DNA of 64,000 bases from an uncultured Acidobacteriota bacterium (GTDB lineage: Bacteria; Acidobacteriota; UBA890): NCBI GenBank assembly GCA_964455175.1, contig CAYVUW010000006.1, positions 8,720 through 72,719 on the forward strand. Reading direction: 5' to 3'. Within the stretch, counting starts at the first letter, position 1. Every line of letters begins with the position of its first letter. Shown here piece after piece: positions 8,691-17,929 of the stretch. The notes under the pieces are model-generated. The model saw nothing but the letters and a program-made list of their open reading frames with translations, was not told the origin of the DNA and made no database searches. The position numbers were made by a program, and so were the translations under genes.

Positions 8691-11600
8691 TTACTGTTCC
8701 CGCCGCATCAGCACGCGCATCCCGTGTTCACCAACAAGGCGATTGAACTCCTCCAGGTCAGACGCATAGACCGCGCGGATCTGATCAACAAGCGGTTGCA
8801 GTTCCGGTCTTAGGTCGTCCCAGCGCTCATAGGCACCACCCTGGACTGGCGGATTGCCACCGGTAATTTGCGCATACAGAGCGTTAAATTGATTGTCGAG
8901 ACGACCTGGGAAGTTGAGTGCATCTTGCCCACTGGAACCTTGCAACTGGGTCAGCTCACCTTCGATTGTCTCAAGCGTGCGGTTCAACTCGCGCGCCGCA
9001 TTTCTCGCCTCATCACCATAGCCAGCGTCTGCAAGTTGCTGGCCAATTCGGGTCGCCTGTTCTTTGACTGATCGTAGTTGCGCGAGTTCGTCGTACAAGC
9101 GCTTGGCTTCAGACCCAACTTCCTGGGCGAAGCGTACCTGCTCTTCATAGGCAGACTCGTCTACGTCTAGACGTGGGTCGGCCAGATAATCGATCGTCCG
9201 TGACTGGCTCCAATCACCAATTGTCAGAGTCACAGTGTAGGTGCCCGGCACCACCGCAAGACCACCTCCTCGACCACCGCCCCACTGAACAATACCTGCG
9301 GGGACTTGATAGGCGGCTGGCCAGCGGGCATTCCAACTCATCGAATTTATACCAGGCCGGGCGGTCAAGCGTGTTCCGCCTCCACCCGCGAATCCACCGC
9401 GACCACCACGACCACCACGACCACCGCGGCCGCCGCGACCGCCGCGACCACCTGCTATCTGGGTCGACCCCTCTGTGCGAATAGGTCCACTGAACTCATT
9501 CACCTTCTCTCCACTGCTGTTATTGATCTGCAGCGTGGCCATACCAGTGGTGCCCGCGGCAATAAAGAACTGGATTTCCGGTCTGTTACCACCACCACGA
9601 TAAGCGGTGCGGGGTTTGAACAGATAGGCGGGAGCATCGCTGACTAAGTCCAACTCCGACAGGGCTGAGAAGTTGTTCAAGATCCAGAAAGCCCGACCCT
9701 GTGTGGAGACAATCAGGTCACTGTCCTTAATTATCATGTCCGTGACCGGCGTGATCGGCAGGTTGAGCTGAAACGACTGCCAGTGAGCACCGTCATCGAA
9801 CGAGACATACATGCCGAACTCTGTGCCAGCAAACAACAGCCCGCGTCGGTTCGGGTCTTCCCGCACGCTCCTCACGAAATGGTTCTCGGGAATGCCATTG
9901 GTACCAGTAGTCAATAGCCTCCAGCTTTCCCCGTAGTCGCTCGTCTGGTAGATGTAAGGTCGATAATCCTGCTCACGATACTTGTAGACTGCAGCGTGGG
10001 CACGGCCAGGATCATGCATCGAGATATCGACTTGATTAACGGTGCCTCCCTCAACCATGCTGGGAGGTGTGATGTTCTCCCAGGTCAAACCGTTGTCCTT
10101 GGAAATATGAATCAAACCATCGTCAGACCCAGCCCATAGCAACCCAGGGACGAGTGGCGACTCCTCGAAAGCGAAGACCGTTGTATAAACCTCGACGCCG
10201 GTGTTATCGCGAGTGATGCCCTCACCACCTGAATAGCCCTGCTTGGTGATGTCATTCGTGGTCAGGTCGGGACTGATTACCTCCCAATTAACTCCCTGAT
10301 CCCGCGTCCGGTGAACATACTGCGACATGATGTAAACGGTATCTGGATCATGCGGCGAGATACGGATCGGTGCGTTCCATTGAAAGCGGTATTTCATGTC
10401 CGCCGCTTGTTGACCAGTCTCAGCGTCCGCATATATGCGCACGCTGCGTGTAATGCCCGTGTTCCGGTCCTGACGGGTGAAGTTTCCACCATAGCTCCCC
10501 GCCCAAATAACGTTGGAATCACGCGGGTCAACTGCGATATGACCACTTTCACCGCCACCCACCGCGTAGAAATCACTACCACCGCGTCCCCCACCTCCGA
10601 ACGCCGATTGGACAGCAGCTGTGCTGTTGTCCTGCTGAGCGCCATACACACGATAGGGAATGTCGTTGTCCACGGTGACACGGTAGAACTCAGCGGTCGC
10701 CTGATTGCCTTGGGCAGTAAACGTCCGACCACCGTTTACTGACACGTTGGCACCACCGTCGTTGCCATTAACCATGATCCTTGGGTTGTTGGGGTTGATC
10801 CACAAGTCGTGGTTGTCCCCGTGCGACGAGCGCAGTGTGTTGTTGAAGGTGACACCACCATCAGTTGACTTATAGGCGCCAACATTTAGCGCGTAGACCG
10901 TGTCGGGATCAACAGGGTCAGCATAGATATGAACGTAGTACCAAGCGCGCTGCTGCAGGTCACGATTGTTGTTAACACGCTGCCAAGAGTTACCACCGTT
11001 CTCAGAACGATAGACGCCACCGCGATCGTTAGGAGCTTCGATGAGAGCCCATACCCTATCGGGATTCGGAGGGGAGACTGTTAAGTCAATTTTGCCCACC
11101 ATTCCAGTCGGCAGGCCACCTGAAAGCTTTTCCCAAGTTTCCCCACCGTCTTTACTGCGGTAGATGCCACCCTCCTCGCTGCCTGAGTGGATCGTCCACG
11201 GCTTGCGGTAAACAGTCCAAGCAGAGGCATAAAGGATGCGCGGGTTGCTCGGATCCATTTCGATATCGTTGAAGCCTGTGTCTTCGGAGATATACAGAAT
11301 TTGATCCCAATTCTGGCCGCCATCTTTGGTTTCGTAGATACCGCGCACCGGGCCGGCCCCGAAAATGTCACCAAGGACCGCAGCGTACAGGTGATCAGGA
11401 TCAAAGGGATCAACAACCATCTCTGGAACCTGGACGAAGCCCGGGTTCCAAACGTGGGCCCACGTCCTGCCACCATCGGTCGACCGGTAGATGCCATCCC
11501 CGGTCGAGATATTGCCGCGCGGGCAACCGGAGCCCGTCCCGACCCAGATAACATTCGGATCTGATGGGGCAACCTTAATGTCGCCGATCGAGCCGACGTT

Positions 11601-11999
11601 GAAGTATCCGTCGGAAATGTTTTCCCAAGTCAAACCGGCGTCAGCCGTTTTCCACACCCCGCCGCCCGTGTAACCAGCAAAAAAGGTGAACTGGTCGTCG
11701 GGAGTCCCAGCCACTGCAGTAGATCGGCCGCCACGATTAAAATTTGTCGACCGCCACGTCAAATACGAATAAAACTCTGGATCAACGATGACGTTAGGAT
11801 CGTCCTGTGACGACGCCATCAGGCCATAGTGTGCGTGTTCCTCGTGTACCTCCGTGATACCAACACCGGGAAGTTCCATCAATGCCGACGCTGCAGCCGG
11901 CAGTTGCTGCGCCGTTGCGTCCGGCATGGCACCCATAGCGAAAACACCAGCTGCAAGTACGATCGAGACAAACCGGACCGTCTGATTCAGTTTCTTCAA
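8691..11999 (-). CDS. secreted BNR/Asp-box (sortilin/VPS10-like) beta-propeller protein with Gly/Arg-rich linkers and C-terminal helical domain (paralog A)
   Basis: ORF 8691..12068. Repeated S/TxDxGxTW Asp-box motifs (STDGGRTW, SKDGGETW, SENGGNSW, STDGGVTF, SKDNGLTW) are present. A (GGR)6-7 stretch and a WGGGRGGG stretch follow. The start is proposed at TTG 11999 (MKKLNQTVRFVSIVLAAGVFAMGAMPDATA signal) with a perfect GGAGGT 6 nt upstream. The upstream ATG at 12068 would instead translate that SD. Confidence 0.8.
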   Translation of the reverse strand: MKKLNQTVRFVSIVLAAGVFAMGAMPDATAQQLPAAASALMELPGVGITEVHEEHAHYGLMASSQDDPNVIVDPEFYSYLTWRSTNFNRGGRSTAVAGTPDDQFTFFAGYTGGGVWKTADAGLTWENISDGYFNVGSIGDIKVAPSDPNVIWVGTGSGCPRGNISTGDGIYRSTDGGRTWAHVWNPGFVQVPEMVVDPFDPDHLYAAVLGDIFGAGPVRGIYETKDGGQNWDQILYISEDTGFNDIEMDPSNPRILYASAWTVYRKPWTIHSGSEEGGIYRSKDGGETWEKLSGGLPTGMVGKIDLTVSPPNPDRVWALIEAPNDRGGVYRSENGGNSWQRVNNNRDLQQRAWYYVHIYADPVDPDTVYALNVGAYKSTDGGVTFNNTLRSSHGDNHDLWINPNNPRIMVNGNDGGANVSVNGGRTFTAQGNQATAEFYRVTVDNDIPYRVYGAQQDNSTAAVQSAFGGGGRGGSDFYAVGGGESGHIAVDPRDSNVIWAGSYGGNFTRQDRNTGITRSVRIYADAETGQQAADMKYRFQWNAPIRISPHDPDTVYIMSQYVHRTRDQGVNWEVISPDLTTNDITKQGYSGGEGITRDNTGVEVYTTVFAFEESPLVPGLLWAGSDDGLIHISKDNGLTWENITPPSMVEGGTVNQVDISMHDPGRAHAAVYKYREQDYRPYIYQTSDYGESWRLLTTGTNGIPENHFVRSVREDPNRRGLLFAGTEFGMYVSFDDGAHWQSFQLNLPITPVTDMIIKDSDLIVSTQGRAFWILNNFSALSELDLVSDAPAYLFKPRTAYRGGGNRPEIQFFIAAGTTGMATLQINNSSGEKVNEFSGPIRTEGSTQIAGGRGGRGGRGGRGGRGGRGGFAGGGGTRLTARPGINSMSWNARWPAAYQVPAGIVQWGGGRGGGLAVVPGTYTVTLTIGDWSQSRTIDYLADPRLDVDESAYEEQVRFAQEVGSEAKRLYDELAQLRSVKEQATRIGQQLADAGYGDEARNAARELNRTLETIEGELTQLQGSSGQDALNFPGRLDNQFNALYAQITGGNPPVQGGAYERWDDLRPELQPLVDQIRAVYASDLEEFNRLVGEHGMRVLMRREQ
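9395..9460 (-). repeat. in-frame 9-nt tandem repeat (about 6 units, CGACCACCN-like on + strand) encoding the (GGR)n linker
   Basis: The + strand reads cgaccacca cgaccacca cgaccaccg cggccgccg cgaccgccg cgaccacc. The units differ by a few third-position changes. Confidence 0.7.
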
Positions 12000-12249
12000 A
12001 ACGATACCTCCTGAAAAGTGTCCAATGTCACGCATTGAGAAAGGGTGTGACTCCCGAAAACAAAGCACATTGGCATCACATAGCCGTGAGTAAAAACCGT
12101 AGAAGGATGCTGGAAAAACTCTAGGAGTTTCTCAGCAACATGCTAATGAAAACCGTCCAGAGTAAAGTCGTCAACCGTCCGGACCATATAGAAAGATCCC
12201 TGAAGCTAACTGGAACGGCTCAACGCAGGCCGTTTGTGGGGTGGCCTCC

Positions 12250-12816
12250 CTATATCGAGATTTTCGTCGGATAGAACGCAACTGTCAGCCCGTATTGCGT
12301 TTCAGCCTCGGAATTCTGGCTGGCCTGGCAGTCACAAATCCATTCCTGCAAACGCTCAACCAGCGTCGACACCTGCTGCGGCGTCACCTGCAGATGAGAG
12401 CGAATGAATACTGATTCATCGTCATCACGAATCAAGCCGGTGTCCATTGACTCGCGGATCTCGTGGAGAGTCTCATCCAAAGAGCTCGCGATGATGTTCT
12501 CGAAGTTGCCGGGTTCATCGTCTGTAGCTAAACGAACCTCCACCGCCTGCCGATCGATCACAAAGCGTTCGGCAACAGCCTCATAATACTTCTCAATGGT
12601 GCCACGCTTGCGCCTCGTTTTAACTAACTTAATTAGCCCAGCAACTTCAAGTTTGTCGACGTGGTGGTAGAGCTTGGTGGGCTTCTCACCTAGGCGGTCA
12701 GCTACCTGCTTTGTGGTGATTGGCGCCTCGATCATCAGCTCCAGAATCTGTTGACGGAGCGGATGTGCTAATGCCTTGATCTGGTTAGTATTCTCTAAGC
12801 TGTGGGATGCATCCAT
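12250..12816 (-). CDS. ArsR-family winged-helix transcriptional regulator
   Basis: The helix-turn-helix region HPLRQQILELMIEAPITTKQVADRLGEKPTKLYHHVDKLEVAGLI matches ArsR/SmtB. The protein is 188 aa with an extra C-terminal domain. Confidence 0.7.
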   Translation of the reverse strand: MDASHSLENTNQIKALAHPLRQQILELMIEAPITTKQVADRLGEKPTKLYHHVDKLEVAGLIKLVKTRRKRGTIEKYYEAVAERFVIDRQAVEVRLATDDEPGNFENIIASSLDETLHEIRESMDTGLIRDDDESVFIRSHLQVTPQQVSTLVERLQEWICDCQASQNSEAETQYGLTVAFYPTKISI

Positions 12817-12898
12817 TATCCACGCAGTTTCATTTATTGGTTATATTTCAATATTCAACTTATATTTAATAAATGCGCTCGCCAATGTCAAGCACGAG

Positions 12899-14329
12899 TC
12901 ATTCCTCTGCCATCCTCTGGAGCACCCAACTCGTGATGAGATCAAGCACCGCAGGGGCGAACGTCTCCTCGATCTCGGCATATTCAGTCGGGCTTCCGGT
13001 GGTTGCAGTCTGAAACAGATGGTTGAGGCCACCGAGTTCTTCGACCGTGATGTCGTCGTTGCCCGCCTCCGCAAGCGCATCGCGGATCGCGTCGAGGTTG
13101 GGGCCAGGCGGAACTTGTACATCCAGCGAGCCGTTGATCGCCAACACCGGACACTGGACCTCACGTAGCGCGGTCCGTGGGTCGTAGGTCAGGAAAAAGC
13201 GCCACCAAGGCGTCGTGAGCAGGCGCGCTTGGGCTTCGATGCCCGGCTTGAGGTCCTCTATCGACGGACGCTGTCCCTCCACCGTGTTCGACATTTGAAT
13301 GCGAACCAACTCGGCAACGGCGGCAGTCAAAGCAGGGAGGCCAGCACCCTCACTAGCTAGCTCAAGAAGGCTACGTTGTGCCTCGATCTGCTGTTCGACG
13401 TTACCTTCCGGCCGGCCATTCGAACGCTGGACCGCCGCCAACTGCATGATCATCAAATCTCGTCCAGGGATCGCTGAGCCAGCGAGCAGGACAATGAACG
13501 CAACGTCGTCAGATGCTGCCGCCACCATTGGCGCAATGATGCCACCTTCGCTGTGACCAATCAGACCGATTCGGCTGGGGTCAATCTCGGATTGCTCGGT
13601 GAGAAAATGGACGCCGGCAAGAACATCGGACGCAAAATCTTCGGAGGTTGCGATCGACATCTCGCCTGTACTGCCACCAATACCGCGATCGTCAACACGC
13701 AGCACCGCGATCCCGTTACTGGTCAGGTGATCGGCGATAACCAGGAAGGGTTTGTGTCCGAAGACTTCCTCATCCCTGTTTTGAGCACCTGATCCAGTGA
13801 TCAGAAGAACAGCAGGGAAAGGCCCATCGCCCCTCGGCACCGTCAGCGTCCCCGCCAGTTTTGTGCCATCAGCTTCGCTCGTGTAGGCGACCTCACGTTC
13901 GTCATATGCAAAGGGTGGTTCGGGATTCTGAGGCCGCCGGGGGCCTAAGACTTTCCCATCTGGTACCAACTCCATGGTGAACGTCACGACGTTACCCCCT
14001 TGCTCAAACTCACCCTCAGCCGCCGTCGCACCCACCTGACGCGTAGCACGCCATGTTGCCCCATTGGGTGGTGCAATCGATAAAGTGAACGCAATCTCGG
14101 TTTCGCTGTACACCACGTTCGTAAGCTCTGCTCCACTAAGTCCTTGAGCCGGAATGTCCATGGTGGCCTTATAACCTGAGCCATCTTCCTCCGGTGCAAA
14201 CGTGACGATGAACCCGAGACCAACCACGGAGCCCTGCCAGCGCACCTCTTCTTCTTGGGTGGCAAAAGAGATAGAGGAAGCACAAACAAATAGGACCAAC
14301 AACATGGAAAATTGGCGACTATCCAACAT
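12899..14329 (-). CDS. secreted alpha/beta-fold hydrolase
   Basis: A signal peptide (MLLVLFVCASSISFA) is present. The GHSEGG nucleophile elbow (GxSxG) sits in the C-terminal 300 aa. The N-terminal 130-aa beta domain is unassigned. Confidence 0.65.
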   Translation of the reverse strand: MLDSRQFSMLLVLFVCASSISFATQEEEVRWQGSVVGLGFIVTFAPEEDGSGYKATMDIPAQGLSGAELTNVVYSETEIAFTLSIAPPNGATWRATRQVGATAAEGEFEQGGNVVTFTMELVPDGKVLGPRRPQNPEPPFAYDEREVAYTSEADGTKLAGTLTVPRGDGPFPAVLLITGSGAQNRDEEVFGHKPFLVIADHLTSNGIAVLRVDDRGIGGSTGEMSIATSEDFASDVLAGVHFLTEQSEIDPSRIGLIGHSEGGIIAPMVAAASDDVAFIVLLAGSAIPGRDLMIMQLAAVQRSNGRPEGNVEQQIEAQRSLLELASEGAGLPALTAAVAELVRIQMSNTVEGQRPSIEDLKPGIEAQARLLTTPWWRFFLTYDPRTALREVQCPVLAINGSLDVQVPPGPNLDAIRDALAEAGNDDITVEELGGLNHLFQTATTGSPTEYAEIEETFAPAVLDLITSWVLQRMAEE

Positions 14330-14596
14330 AGCAACACCTAAGGTCTACCCAGACTGGAAACCCCTGGCTACAGCATGGCAACAAAGCGCGGAAGAGCAAT
14401 CCTTAATGGTTCAAGTCTTAACTCGACAGGATTGGAAAACACACACTCCATAGCGAAACCGTTCCATCATTTGCGGAATAAATGCACACTCGCCACCTGG
14501 CCCAATATAACTGAAAGATGGTGCTCTGACCCATGCTAGGATTGTTTTTGAACGATGTGACTTCATCATCAATCTCCCTCAGCAATCCTCCTGAGA

Positions 14597-17344
14597 ATGC
14601 ACGGTTACGCTCGCCGTTTGTCCCGGTTACGGTCCAGTATACGACTCGCTTTTTGCGTGTACGCACTATTCTTCTGTTATGCAACACAAGCAGCAGCGCA
14701 AATTGGCGAGATATCCACGGCGCCTGAGAGCTCAGCGCAAACACAACAGCGTGGCACTTTATCCGGCATTGTGCTCGATGTCGAAGGACAACCGGTACCG
14801 GGAGCTCTAATTCGCTTATTTGGTCCCAACCGCTTACAGATCGGGCAAACCGAAAGTGGTCCGCAAGGAAAATTCCTGTTTGCTGAGCTAAACCCAGGCA
14901 ACTATGAACTCCGCGTGACGGTGCCACCATTCCGAGACCGTGTTCAGCTCGTCGAAGTGACGGCGCAGGGTGCCGTTGCCACTGTGAACTTCGCGCAAAT
15001 AGAAGAGAGCGTCACAGTGACAGCTAATCGTGGGCTGCTTCAAGACGAAACCAAGGTCGCTGGCACAATCCGCTCGCTGACGCTCGAGATGCTCGAGGAA
15101 CGGGCCCCTGACCTGTTGCCACGCATGTTAACTGAAGAAAATGGGATCATTGCCCAGCAAACAACACCCGGGCAAGGATCACCAATCTTACGCGGCCAGA
15201 GTGCCCAAGCGGTGTTGTATCTGGTCGACGGCATTCGCTATAACAACTCGACCTACCGGGCGGGAAACACACAGTACTTGGCGTGGATCCCAAGTGCTGC
15301 CGTTGGCGGTATCGATGTCCAACTGGGCCCGTCAGGCGTGAACTACGGTAGTGATGCACTCGGTGGGGCCATCAACGTCAATTCGTTCCTACTGCCAGCA
15401 TTCGCCAACACTCCCACATGGGAATGGCACGGCGATGGCCGCATTTTCTTTGAGTCATCATCAACCGGTGTTGGCGCCGAAGCCAGTGCTGGGGGAGTTA
15501 CAAATCGTCTCGCGATTATGTTTGCCGCCACGGGTGGAAGTCATCAAGATGTCCGCGGCGGTCGCGGAGAAGACTCTCACAACGTTTTGGCCCGGTTCTT
15601 CGACCTTCCAACCGAAACGGTACAAGACATTCTGGGGACCCGGATGGTTGACACTGACTATCGTAGTGGGGGAGTCACCAGCAAGGCCAGTTACCGGACA
15701 GGCAGTACAGGAACAGTCACTGGCTTCTACATGCGCAACGAGCAGTTCGGCATTCGCCGCTACGATCGTCTCTTAGGGGGTGATGGGCGTTACATTGCCG
15801 CTTTTAAGCCGCAGATCCTCAATTTCGGCTATGCCCGCTATCAAGATGTCATCGCTAACGACATATTCATAGAGGCAACCTTCTCGGTAAATCAACAGAC
15901 GGATGGTCGCGAGGACCAGCGCTTTCCGAACAGCACCATGCGCATCGAAGAAAGCAATGTTGCCGCCTTCGGGTACGAGTTCATGGCTTCGTCCAACGCC
16001 GGCGCACACCTGCTAAGCATAGGTGGAGAGATTTATGACGAGCACGTCGCTTCATTCCGTGATGAGATTCGCGAGGGTGATATTGCCAACCCTACGAGAC
16101 CCCGGGTGCCAAACGGCTCCCGTTATACGTCGTTCGGTGCCTTCATCCTTGACGACTGGGCTGCGATAGATGACCGGCTGCAAATCACCGGGGGGCTTCG
16201 TTTCTCATACTTCCGTGCCGCAATCAACGCCAAAGACAACATCATTGGGGACATGCCAATGGTCCCGTCGAGCGAGCAAAGCTACGCTGATCTCACATTT
16301 AACGTTGGCACCACGATTCAGCTCAGCGACCAGGCAACCATCTACGGTCGCGTTGCGCGCGGTTTCCGCGCACCAAGCCTGTTTGATCTAAGTGAGACAG
16401 GTTTAACCGGTGGCGGCTTCGAAGTCTCACCCCGGGAAGCATCACAATTCAACGCTCTCATAGGCGATTCAGCCAGCAGCAATGCAATCAGTACCGGGAT
16501 TTCGTGGGATCCCCTAACTGCTGAGTTGTTGTGGAGCTTCGAAACCGGTTTCCGCTGGCGCCAACAAGGTAGGCGCTTCGATTTTGCGATTTTCGACAGC
16601 GAGCTTACTGACACGATCTCCAGGCGAACAATGCTTATTCCCACGGATGTTGTCGGTGAATTCATTGGGGGGGAGATGATCGTCTCCCAGGATGAAAAAG
16701 GTCGGGTTTTCGTTGGCGTCGACCCCGACCCGATCGTCTCTCGCGCCAACATAAGCCGGAGCCGAGTCCAGGGCATCGAGTGGCTATTCGAACAGGAAAT
16801 TAACCGGAGCACATTGTTTGTATTTAAAGGAGGCCTACAGCGAGGCCGTGAGCTGGACACGGGATTCTGGGCCCGCAAAATCGCGCCCGATCATTTCGAC
16901 GCCATCGTGCGCTGGAATCGCACTGGTGGGCGTCTGTGGCTTGAGGGCGTTTTTGTCGGCATGCTCGCGCAGGATCGTCTCAATCCCGCTGATGTCGAAG
17001 ATGTGCGAATTGGTGCGTTTCGAGATGCCGACAACATCGCAACTTACTTCAACAACGGCGCCGTGGAGCTGGGTGTGGTCCAGGACGGCATTCTCCTTTC
17101 AACCGGAGAAACTCTCGAAGAGGTTCAGTTACGGGTTCTTGGCCCGGGTCTGCAGGGCAGGCCCTTGTTTGACGAGACTCCTGGATGGTGGACCATGGCG
17201 TTACGCGGCGGCTTCAACATAAACGCCAGCAGTGAATTAACTTTCTCACTCGCCAACATCTTTGATCGCAACTACCGGCTCCATGGCTCGGGCTTTGACT
17301 CGCCAGGAATCACTGCTGTCACAGCATGGCAGGTACGTTTCTAG
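14597..17344 (+). CDS. TonB-dependent receptor with N-terminal carboxypeptidase-regulatory-like domain
   Basis: 915 aa. A CarbopepD_reg-like region (GIVLDVEGQPVPGALIRL...GNYELRV) is followed by a plug and a 22-strand-type barrel. The C-terminus ends ...AWQVRF (terminal Phe). The start codon is uncertain because no clear SD is present. Confidence 0.8.
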   Translation: MHGYARRLSRLRSSIRLAFCVYALFFCYATQAAAQIGEISTAPESSAQTQQRGTLSGIVLDVEGQPVPGALIRLFGPNRLQIGQTESGPQGKFLFAELNPGNYELRVTVPPFRDRVQLVEVTAQGAVATVNFAQIEESVTVTANRGLLQDETKVAGTIRSLTLEMLEERAPDLLPRMLTEENGIIAQQTTPGQGSPILRGQSAQAVLYLVDGIRYNNSTYRAGNTQYLAWIPSAAVGGIDVQLGPSGVNYGSDALGGAINVNSFLLPAFANTPTWEWHGDGRIFFESSSTGVGAEASAGGVTNRLAIMFAATGGSHQDVRGGRGEDSHNVLARFFDLPTETVQDILGTRMVDTDYRSGGVTSKASYRTGSTGTVTGFYMRNEQFGIRRYDRLLGGDGRYIAAFKPQILNFGYARYQDVIANDIFIEATFSVNQQTDGREDQRFPNSTMRIEESNVAAFGYEFMASSNAGAHLLSIGGEIYDEHVASFRDEIREGDIANPTRPRVPNGSRYTSFGAFILDDWAAIDDRLQITGGLRFSYFRAAINAKDNIIGDMPMVPSSEQSYADLTFNVGTTIQLSDQATIYGRVARGFRAPSLFDLSETGLTGGGFEVSPREASQFNALIGDSASSNAISTGISWDPLTAELLWSFETGFRWRQQGRRFDFAIFDSELTDTISRRTMLIPTDVVGEFIGGEMIVSQDEKGRVFVGVDPDPIVSRANISRSRVQGIEWLFEQEINRSTLFVFKGGLQRGRELDTGFWARKIAPDHFDAIVRWNRTGGRLWLEGVFVGMLAQDRLNPADVEDVRIGAFRDADNIATYFNNGAVELGVVQDGILLSTGETLEEVQLRVLGPGLQGRPLFDETPGWWTMALRGGFNINASSELTFSLANIFDRNYRLHGSGFDSPGITAVTAWQVRF

Positions 17345-17365
17345 AAGAAAAAACTTCAGCACTGG

Positions 17366-17782
17366 TCAGCCTGTTACCTGGACGATGACCCGGCGATTTC
17401 GTGGGCGATTGTCGAAATCACACAGAACGACTTGTTGCCAGGTACCCAACGCCAGTTCCCCGTCAATGATTGGTACCGTGAGGGATGGCCCGAGCAAGGC
17501 AGCGCGCACATGCGAATAGCCATTGCCGTCACCCCAGCGGGCATCGTGGTCATAGTGGGCCCCGGTCGGAGCCAACTCGTTGATCGCCCTGCTTAAATCA
17601 GCAACTGCCCCACTTTCGAACTCTATGGTGGTAATCGCCGCAGTAGAGCCTGGAGTGAATACCAACACCTGACCTTGCTGAACACCCGATTCCGCAACTA
17701 CTGAGCTCAAGTCACGCGTGAGGTCGTGGATATCCGTGTCAGGTGTCGTCGACCGTTCAAACATGGCCTTGAATAGAATCAT
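17366..17782 (-). CDS. YjbQ/UPF0047 family protein (secondary thiamine-phosphate synthase-like)
   Basis: ORF 17366..17878. The start is placed at the internal MILFKAMFERSTT. The body is ...VLVFTPGSTAAITTIEFESGAVADL...HYDHD...SHVRAALLGPSLTVPI. Confidence 0.75.
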   Translation of the reverse strand: MILFKAMFERSTTPDTDIHDLTRDLSSVVAESGVQQGQVLVFTPGSTAAITTIEFESGAVADLSRAINELAPTGAHYDHDARWGDGNGYSHVRAALLGPSLTVPIIDGELALGTWQQVVLCDFDNRPRNRRVIVQVTG

Positions 17783-17929
17783 CGTGATTCTCCATCGTGA
17801 TTGAGTGCCAGGGCAAAGGTTACCCAACCGGCGAACGCTTCTTGGGTACAGCCCAAAAGAGCGCCACGGTAAGAACAACGGTGAGGGATGACCAAAAAGG
17901 TCGTCACGTAGCTCTTATCCTCTAGCCAA

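Noticed and set aside
9395-9460. Possibility that the 9-nt tandem repeats represent a CRISPR array or a noncoding satellite
   Set aside because: The units are contiguous without spacers, lie inside an open reading frame and encode GGR. No CRISPR-like repeat-spacer architecture exists anywhere in the window.
9173-9647. Plus-strand ORFs encoding HHDHHDHRGRRDRRDH and a poly-Thr run (TTTTTTTTAAAATAATT)
   Set aside because: These are antisense mirror images of the (GGR)n-coding repeat inside the 8691..11999 gene and have no independent start-site support.
12195-12225. Hairpin AACGGC-N8-GCCGTT downstream of the ArsR-family gene, and a similar hairpin at about 49290..49312
   Set aside because: Neither is followed by a U-tract on the transcribed strand, so I do not call them intrinsic terminators.
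14330-14596. Looked for a cobalamin or other riboswitch in the 268-nt leader of the TonB-dependent receptor
   Set aside because: No B12-box or other recognisable riboswitch core was seen. The region looks like a plain divergent promoter.
14418-14930. 170-aa minus-strand ORF overlapping the 5' end of the TonB-dependent receptor
   Set aside because: It is antisense to a gene with strong motif support and has no homology features.
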